NCBI GenBank assembly: GCA_051011275.1
Contig: JBPCUG010000474.1
Coordinates: 1-25,831, forward strand
DNA from: Cyclobacteriaceae bacterium
Lineage (GTDB): Bacteria; Bacteroidota; Bacteroidia; Cytophagales; Cyclobacteriaceae
Reading direction: 5' to 3'
DNA: 25,831 bases
The notes beneath the pieces are model-generated. The model was not told the origin of the DNA. It saw only the letters and a program-made list of their open reading frames with translations, and made no database searches. Positions within the stretch are counted from its first letter, which is position 1; the number at the start of each line of letters is the position of its first letter. Positions 18,201-24,101 of this stretch are shown here, piece by piece. Made by a program: the position numbers and the translations under genes.

Positions 18201-19793
18201 TACCAAATCTTTTGATTGATCCGGTGCTAAACCTTGAGGCACCTTACTTGGGTCTGGATTTTGGAGTAACTCCGATGCTTGTTTTCGATCTTCAGACACT
18301 AAAAATCTTCGATGCTTCAAGGCTTTTCTACCTACTTGGAGGGTGCTGGTAATGTCTTGAAATGAGAAATCTGTAGAGGCGAGATAAGCAGAGAGATTCT
18401 CCGTCAGATGGCCAAGAGCAGTAGCACTATGACTAGACCAGACCATAAGTCGCGGTTTGGGAGATTGCTCTGCCGATTTTCTGCTGGGTGCTTCCTCTAG
18501 GACGATATGTGCATTGGTACCGCCAATTCCTAACGAAGTTACTCCTGCCCTCCTGGGGGGGCCATTAGTGGTCCACTCACGAAGCCGGTCATTGATAAAA
18601 AATGGGCTTTGTGGGAAGTCAATTTCGGGGTTGGGTGTTTCGAAGTTTAAGGTTGCTGGAATTTTTTGGTGTTTTAAAGCCAACGCTGTTTTGATCAATC
18701 CAGCGACTCCTGCGGCAGCATCCAGATGTCCTATGTTGGACTTCACGGAGCCGATAGCACAGTATTGGTTTTTGTCCGTATCCATTCTGAAGGCTTTTGT
18801 TAGCGCAGTAACTTCAATGGGATCTCCCAAGTAGGTACCGGTTCCATGAGCCTCAATATATGAAATGCTATCAGCGCTTACTCCAGCACTTGCTAAGGCT
18901 TCTACCACTACCTCTGCTTGGCTGTTTACGCTTGGTGCAGTGTAATCTGTTTTTCGCGAACCATCGTTATTGACGGCACTGCCTTTTATTACAGCATGTA
19001 TGGTATCATTGTCCTTTACGGCATCAATTAATCTTTTGAGAGTAACGATACCTACACCGCTTCCGAAAATCGTACCTTGGGCACTGGCATCAAAAGGGCG
19101 GCAATGTCCATCCGGTGAAAACACGGCCCCTTTGCTGTAAAAATGACCTAACTCATTTGGTACTCTTATTGAAACGCCACCGGCTAAGGCCAGATCACAC
19201 TCCTCATTGATTAAACTTTGACAGGCACTATGTACAGCTACTAATGAAGTGGAGCAAGCAGTCTGCACTGTAACACTGGGACCTTTTAAATTCAATTTAT
19301 AGGAAACCCTGGTGGTCAAAAAGTTATTATCATTCCCAATAAGCGTCGATAAGTAATCAGTTACGAATTTGGAGTTGTGTCCGCTGTTGATGAAATAAGT
19401 GTTCATAGCCGTTCCTCCGTAAACACCTATCGGCCCATTAAAATCTTCGGGGTTGTATCCCGCATGTTCCATAGCATGCCAGGCGCACTCCAGGAAAATC
19501 CTCTGTTGCGGATCCATTAATACCGCCTCTCTAGGAGAATATCCAAAAAATTTGGCATCAAAAGACTTGTAATTTTCTAAAACCGGCGAGGCTTTTACGT
19601 AACTAGGATCATTGACAAAAGCTGCATCGACACCTGCTTTGATAAGCTCTTCTTCGCTAAAGAAGGAAATTGACTCCACACCATTAGCAAGATTTTCCCA
19701 ATATGATTCGATGGAATCAGCACCGGGGAATCGCCCCGCCATTCCGATTATAGCAATATCAAACTCACTGATATTTTGCAAACTCTGCTGCAT
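15282..19793 (-). CDS. Single-module cis-AT type I PKS: KS-AT-KR-ACP, 1503 aa
   Basis: KS triad VQTACSTS (Cys 19254-19256), EAHGTGT and NIGHL. AT GHSVG (Ser 17913-17915), RGRLF and VAAH. KR TGGLNGVG, HSAGMIDD, PKVEG and YVSAS. ACP LGGNSL. No DH or ER between AT and KR. Confidence 0.95.
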   Translation of the reverse strand: MQQSLQNISEFDIAIIGMAGRFPGADSIESYWENLANGVESISFFSEEELIKAGVDAAFVNDPSYVKASPVLENYKSFDAKFFGYSPREAVLMDPQQRIFLECAWHAMEHAGYNPEDFNGPIGVYGGTAMNTYFINSGHNSKFVTDYLSTLIGNDNNFLTTRVSYKLNLKGPSVTVQTACSTSLVAVHSACQSLINEECDLALAGGVSIRVPNELGHFYSKGAVFSPDGHCRPFDASAQGTIFGSGVGIVTLKRLIDAVKDNDTIHAVIKGSAVNNDGSRKTDYTAPSVNSQAEVVVEALASAGVSADSISYIEAHGTGTYLGDPIEVTALTKAFRMDTDKNQYCAIGSVKSNIGHLDAAAGVAGLIKTALALKHQKIPATLNFETPNPEIDFPQSPFFINDRLREWTTNGPPRRAGVTSLGIGGTNAHIVLEEAPSRKSAEQSPKPRLMVWSSHSATALGHLTENLSAYLASTDFSFQDITSTLQVGRKALKHRRFLVSEDRKQASELLQNPDPSKVPQGLAPDQSKDLVFMFPGGGAQYPNMGKDLYQGEVKYREEVDLCLDFLSKEMDFDLKPLLFPEESALAEAREAFKRPSIGLPALFISSYAMARLWDSWGIKPSAMTGHSVGEYVAACLSGVISWQDALYMVVIRGRLFETLPKGSMLSIPMSEKEVTKYLKDDLTLAAINTPSLCVASGPEKSIDQLFEVLAKEGVEAKKLKVDVAAHSPMIDVILEDFDKALQKIKLKPPEIPYISNVTGSWITKEMATSNQYYQDHLRSAVRFNDTLEELLKVPGRIFLEVGPGRNLSTFVNQHPLRSKEQTAYPSMRHPKEEGSDLIFQLNALGKLFLEGIKINWEEVNGKQPLNRVPLPVYPFDRSEHWYSAKQNQLTARSRQELKNWGYVPTWKKRANLNLGTLELPTGAWVIMGANTELESALEDSLQSQGKSVHRFTSSLNKKNNSDIEIDSTDKEEFERLMTIVKESDINILYCCLFEGNTDQYLANFMALSDTASVCGHMVDKKFRIGVISKDTFEITGEEKIVTGGALLIGPTRVIPKEYPHIKMMQLDMQLIDHQSLQLSPKILNEFSRSSVEPIRVLKERSTWSMHFEPVTMSPGIPSASKFKKQGVYAITGGLNGVGLEVAKHLANEYQVKLALLGRSKIPSKDSWDKLLADSSLDRRTKERIEGLKFLEEKGIEVLTPIVDVGDKEAVAKTFNQLKQHFGSIDGVIHSAGMIDDSPISQKTRETLQNVLSPKVEGTNNLKDQVAALNIPLFIQFSSINAYLAPTGQIDYVSASAFLDANSQPSATIPDCTTININWPGWKEVGILTDLPEGPWKEKAMENAITNREGLEVFERIVSSGLHHIVIYPRDFQSAYGSSLTFTGLDAPEEEIEVQEEMSFDSSIEGPRNQLEEEISKIWRSRLGIKQLGIYENYYELGGNSLLGTQIIADINKSTNVSIDIKDLFAAPTVASLASLVDEKQVTQQDNSNKLADLLKKVQSPGES

Positions 19794-19801
19794 AAGTGTA
19801 G

Positions 19802-22800
19802 CTACCGCCGGTTACGCCCTCTTTTTCGTTCTCTTCTATTCGCGCCTCTTTGCCGACTTGTTTCAGCGTTTACCGTGGACGAAGAATCCCCTTGAAGTGT
19901 ACTTACCATGGAACTAATGGAAGGGCTCTCAAAAAGATTGACAATTGATATATCCAGGTTTAGATTTCTCTTTAACAAAGCTACTAACTGAACCCCTTTC
20001 AAAGAAGTACCACCTATCTCGAAAAAATTATCATTAATCCCAATATTGGAAGAATTTAATACTTGCGACCATATTTCTGCAATGGCCTTTTCCAAATCAT
20101 TCTCTGGAGCAATATATTCAGCACTGCTTACCTTCACATCAACTACTGCGTGAGACGATTGTATTTGTTTCAAAATTGCTGCTGGGGTAGATAATTCACC
20201 AGCAATTTCCGCTAGAATTTGATTGCTTACCAGCACGGGAGACTGGACCGTTGAACTTAAGTCTTGGCTATCACTCGCCGGTTGACCAGCATCAGGATCG
20301 AAAGCTAAGGTCTTCGCAATTGCTACCGGTAAGTCAAAACGATGCCCAGTTTCAAGATCCGACATAAATTCAGTAGCGATGCTCTCCAGGAATTTTAGGG
20401 CTGGAAGATTTTTGGTGGTAGGAATAAAATTAAGAACTACCTTTTCCAAGCCTTGGTTGGAGGCCTTCTCTCCTAGGGTTTGAACCATCTTGTGTGCCAC
20501 GCCTTTACCTAATACCCGGCAACTGAGCAAAAAAGTATCCACATGAAGTGCCGCTTGTTGAAGCTTGTATAAAATCACACCTACTAGTCCATAGTCTCCA
20601 AAGCGATCTCGCACACGTACGGTTAGCGCGTGCAGTTCGTCGCTTTTTAACAGTTTTCTAATTTCAGACTCAGATCTTCGTATAGTAGTAAGATTGAATT
20701 GATTGGTTCGATGAGTCAATTGCGAAATACGGGGAAAATCTTCTGAAGTAGGTTCTTCAATTGTAATATCCAAATTTAAGCTTCCAATGAAATCCTTTAG
20801 AGTTAGTGATTCTTCTTTAAGGTGCTCCCTTTGAATATTCTGCTGGTACATCTTGGTGCGTTGCTGGTCCTCCTTGGTCACCTCCATATGGTCGAAGGCC
20901 CAGATATTTTTTAAAAATTCGGGGATTTTTAAAGGGTCTTGTGGTAAAGTGAAAGTCAACACAGACGGACATGCTGCAGATACTTCAGCAGTTTCCATCG
21001 CATTGTCGTCAATAAAAATAAAGCTGTCCAATCCCAGATTAAGCTCTTGAGCCAATATTTTAATATTATCTGATTTTGCCTCCCAGTTTATCTTATGAGC
21101 CACTATATGGTCCAGACTTAATAACATATCATCTCTTTGCTGAAATATGTCCAAAACATCTTGTTCGGCATTTTTACTACAAAGACAAAGGATCATGCCC
21201 TCCTTCGTTTGTTGGATCATAAAATCATGAAGAAACTTGTACTCCTCATCAATGGTGACACCTTGAACACCCTCTTCTCCAACTACCCCTTTCCAAAGTG
21301 TATTATCACAATCCAGTACAATTACCTTTCGGGGGGTGCTATGTAAGCTGTAGAATTTTCTGGCTACTGTAGAGCCCAGTGCTGCAAAATACTCATTAGT
21401 ATAAGGGACGTGACCGATCTCATTTCCTTCGGGGTCGAAGTATTCCGGGACTTCATAGTAACGATCTACTTCTGAGGAACCAAATGCATGCAAGTTCTTT
21501 ACCTTAGAAATTCGGCTTAGCAAAAGATCCTCTAATTTTTGATACCGATTCTCCAACTCTTGGATTTCTTTTACTCCCGGAGATCGAGGGGCCACCATAA
21601 CAAGATAGGGAACGGACGAATTGGCGGCTACAGACTCCAGGGTGGCGGATAGATCGTTGATATTTTTTTCCACCTCTTCCCAACGATTGTCCGCTTCTTC
21701 TTGCGAGACCTGCCCCTTTCTGGTTGCAAAAATATTATACAGACCTGAATGCTGCAATAAATCCTCTTCTTCAATATGAAACTCGAAGCCTCGCTTCTCC
21801 AATATTTCCTTTACCTCAGCAATAACCGGACCCTCAGTGTCATGAACTTCCATCACAATCTGCTTAATCTTGGGCCAATTGTCGTCGGCAATTCCATGAA
21901 GAATAGGCAACTCGCTTTTTTCAGCATCAATTTTCAGCAAATCAATGCTTTCAAGGTTATTTTCTTCGATAATGTCCGCAATAGAAATAAGTTGACAGGT
22001 GAAATTCTTGCTTTGCATACGATCCACCATGATTTCGTCCAAATAGGCATCTAAGGCGCCGGTATCTGCGGTAGAACTCTCTCTTAGCATATTTCGAACT
22101 ACTGCACTTATAGCTTCCTTATCCAATTCGGCGTCTGCATTGAAGCTTGAAAAAACTGAAGATTTTTCGTAAAAAGTAAATTCAGCTTCTCTCTTCTGGT
22201 CAGCAACGCCATAGGCGAAAGCTTTAACATTAGACCCATATAATTGAGCATTGGCGGATAGAATCTCATGTACTACCGGCGAAGGCTCATACGCATAGAC
22301 TCTTGGGTTTTTACATTGTTGGTTTACCCATAGTGTGAACATTCCGATATTTGCTCCTATATCTAAAATGCAGTCACCATCCTTGATAACAATATCGTGC
22401 TTGTTATAACTTTGATCGACAAAAATTTCTTGATACAAATACTCCGTTTCGTATTGGTTTAAGTGTGCGATCTTCAACCCGTTTGGCAATACGTAAGAAT
22501 CCTGCTCGCCAATGATAGCCGCCAACTCCGGGCCGGAAAAATTAGATTGTAGTTGATGACCTTTGCGCATCCAGTCCTCCAATCCCAATAGTAGTATATT
22601 GGCCCCTTGGGCATTACTACGAGTTTGACTGCTGGGATCTAATAGTTCCTGAAACACCTGATTATATGGTGCAATTTCTATGTTGAATGGAAGTTTAAGT
22701 GTACTGCTCCAAAAAGCCAGAGAGCCTTGCAAGGGATCCGCCGTAAATGTACTGGTTATTACAAGTTTAGTGCTAGCTATCTTTGTACTATGATCTAAAA

Positions 22801-23605
22801 AACTGTAAGAAGCACCTATCAGAGATCCAAAATGTTCTCCATTTACATCATAAAGAAAAACATTAGCAGAATCTTGCCTTTCATTAAGGACTGCTTTACA
22901 ATAAAAATCGTCTTGAATAGTTCGAATTAGGCGCACCTCTTGGAAACCTCCTAGTACAAAGGTTTTGCCTGCTGAACTTGTTAGGCTTGCTAGTACTTGA
23001 ACGCAAGCATCTAATAACACAGGATGAACCGCAAACTGCTGGATTTCCGAACTAACTTTATTGCTAAGCTTTATCTTACCTAAAGCAGTTCTTTCTCCCA
23101 GCCAAACTTGATCAACCACTTGGAATTGTGGTCCGTATTGATTGCCATTTGCTAGCAATCGCTCATAGCAGTCCTGTCCAGATAGAATTTCTGGTTGTTC
23201 GGAGTTAACAGAATCTAAATCAAGATCCTCAATGATTGATCTATCAGGGACTGAATGAGGAATAGATAGCGAAACCAGGGACCCGTTTGGTTCTGAGTCA
23301 CCCCTCTGGGAGCACCAAATTTCTGTCGCGCTTTCCCCGATGTTTGTTGAAAAGTGTAGCTTTTCTTCTTTTCCGCCAATTAAAAAAAGTTGCCTATAAT
23401 TTATATCAGTCAAATATAACTCTGAATAATTTAATTTACTCGAGGCAAACTGGAGGGCTTGATCTATATAAAATGATCCTGGGAGGACCACCATGTCTTG
23501 AAAGCCATGGTCAGGTAAAAACGAATATGTCTCTATATTTGGCTCAAAACTCCATATTTCTAATTGGTTGTTAAGTAGCCGGTCGTTCTTTTCGCGTAGC
23601 TGCAT
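19802..23605 (-). CDS. Multidomain loading protein: PKS-type DH, FkbH-like glyceryl transferase/phosphatase with an inserted FkbM-family O-methyltransferase, and ACP; about 1267 aa
   Basis: DH motifs HGFQDMVVLP (23480-23509) and LLDACVQ (about 23000). FkbH N-region TFTADP...APYNQVFQELLDP...EDW. FkbM LDIGANIG, YEPSP and LLKIDAE. HAD motif DCDNT (about 21300), FIDD, RTNQFNLT and SCRVLG (Cys 20519-20521). ACP FEIGGTSL. Start placed at ATG 23605 rather than TTG 23638. Confidence 0.9.
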   Translation of the reverse strand: MQLREKNDRLLNNQLEIWSFEPNIETYSFLPDHGFQDMVVLPGSFYIDQALQFASSKLNYSELYLTDINYRQLFLIGGKEEKLHFSTNIGESATEIWCSQRGDSEPNGSLVSLSIPHSVPDRSIIEDLDLDSVNSEQPEILSGQDCYERLLANGNQYGPQFQVVDQVWLGERTALGKIKLSNKVSSEIQQFAVHPVLLDACVQVLASLTSSAGKTFVLGGFQEVRLIRTIQDDFYCKAVLNERQDSANVFLYDVNGEHFGSLIGASYSFLDHSTKIASTKLVITSTFTADPLQGSLAFWSSTLKLPFNIEIAPYNQVFQELLDPSSQTRSNAQGANILLLGLEDWMRKGHQLQSNFSGPELAAIIGEQDSYVLPNGLKIAHLNQYETEYLYQEIFVDQSYNKHDIVIKDGDCILDIGANIGMFTLWVNQQCKNPRVYAYEPSPVVHEILSANAQLYGSNVKAFAYGVADQKREAEFTFYEKSSVFSSFNADAELDKEAISAVVRNMLRESSTADTGALDAYLDEIMVDRMQSKNFTCQLISIADIIEENNLESIDLLKIDAEKSELPILHGIADDNWPKIKQIVMEVHDTEGPVIAEVKEILEKRGFEFHIEEEDLLQHSGLYNIFATRKGQVSQEEADNRWEEVEKNINDLSATLESVAANSSVPYLVMVAPRSPGVKEIQELENRYQKLEDLLLSRISKVKNLHAFGSSEVDRYYEVPEYFDPEGNEIGHVPYTNEYFAALGSTVARKFYSLHSTPRKVIVLDCDNTLWKGVVGEEGVQGVTIDEEYKFLHDFMIQQTKEGMILCLCSKNAEQDVLDIFQQRDDMLLSLDHIVAHKINWEAKSDNIKILAQELNLGLDSFIFIDDNAMETAEVSAACPSVLTFTLPQDPLKIPEFLKNIWAFDHMEVTKEDQQRTKMYQQNIQREHLKEESLTLKDFIGSLNLDITIEEPTSEDFPRISQLTHRTNQFNLTTIRRSESEIRKLLKSDELHALTVRVRDRFGDYGLVGVILYKLQQAALHVDTFLLSCRVLGKGVAHKMVQTLGEKASNQGLEKVVLNFIPTTKNLPALKFLESIATEFMSDLETGHRFDLPVAIAKTLAFDPDAGQPASDSQDLSSTVQSPVLVSNQILAEIAGELSTPAAILKQIQSSHAVVDVKVSSAEYIAPENDLEKAIAEIWSQVLNSSNIGINDNFFEIGGTSLKGVQLVALLKRNLNLDISIVNLFESPSISSMVSTLQGDSSSTVNAETSRQRGANRRERKRGRNRR

Positions 23606-23680
23606 ATTTGGTAGTTCTCTAAAAAAATTGAAGCCCAATCAGGGACACCAAACAAGGGTTCAGGTGGTTCATTCAAGGCG

Positions 23681-23710
23681 CAATATTCAATTTTTTTTTG
23701 ATTAAAACAA
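23681..23710 (-). promoter_or_regulatory. Candidate Bacteroidota-type sigma70 promoter for the BGC operon
   Basis: The minus strand reads TTG-19 nt-GAATATTG(CG). The spacing fits the -33 TTG / -7 TAnnTTTG consensus, but the -7 octamer has two mismatches. The spacer contains an A9 run. Confidence 0.25.
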
Positions 23711-23766
23711 GAAAAATTAATACTATCTTAAGAATTAAAACTTGATCAGTATAGCAGTTTTCAGTT

Positions 23767-23793
23767 ATAATTTATTGATAATCAATTAATTAT
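23767..23793. promoter_or_regulatory. 13-1-13 imperfect palindrome, candidate operator
   Basis: ATAATTTATTGAT-A-ATCAATTAATTAT: 12 of 13 arm positions are complementary. It lies in the divergent intergenic region. Confidence 0.4.
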
Positions 23794-23948
23794 GTGTTTT
23801 CTTTTATATTTATGAGATAAATACCGATAATTCACGGCTAAGTCCAAATATGCAACTTAATAATCTATTAAGAAATTGATTAATGTTATAAACAGAATGT
23901 GTGTAATATTTGCGTTCCAGTAGCCTCATTCATCGAATTTTTATGATG

Positions 23949-23972
23949 ACCAATAATTGTTAAATTATTGGT
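23949..23972. promoter_or_regulatory. Perfect 10-bp inverted repeat with a 4-nt spacer, candidate operator or hairpin
   Basis: ACCAATAATT-GTTA-AATTATTGGT. Confidence 0.4.
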
Positions 23973-24101
23973 TTTCCATACAGATATGGGGCACAACTTG
24001 TTCATAGATGGTTGAAATCAAGTTAGTGTAATTTTTCTTGTATTATTTCAGTTTTAGCTGTTATGTTTTTGAGTAAACTTGTACCACTAAATCAAATATG
24101 A

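Larger units (their letters stand above)
36..23605 (-). other. Hybrid FkbH-primed cis-AT PKS/NRPS biosynthetic operon with downstream glycan-modification genes
   Basis: Seven co-directional genes with gaps of 8 nt (19802/19793), 1 nt (15282/15280, TAA-N-ATG), 9 nt (11954/11944), 19 nt (8663/8643), 1 nt (1411/1409, TAA-N-ATG) and 30 nt (492/461). Domain order is colinear from loading module to TE. Confidence 0.92.

Noticed and set aside
443-23574. Numerous plus-strand ORFs of 60-170 aa (e.g. 3053..3553, 15985..16413, 18457..18834) and short nested minus-strand ORFs
   Set aside because: All lie antisense to, or out of frame within, well-supported megasynthase domains and show no recognisable motifs. 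They are typical shadow ORFs.
19802-23605. Methoxymalonyl-ACP extender cassette (FkbG-K type)
   Set aside because: No acyl-ACP dehydrogenases or free ACP are in the window. The FkbH is fused to DH and ACP at the head of the line, which fits a starter role.
23905-23912. AATATTTG as a -7 promoter element for the acyltransferase
   Set aside because: It has one mismatch and no TTG at the expected -33 spacing, which is too weak to call.
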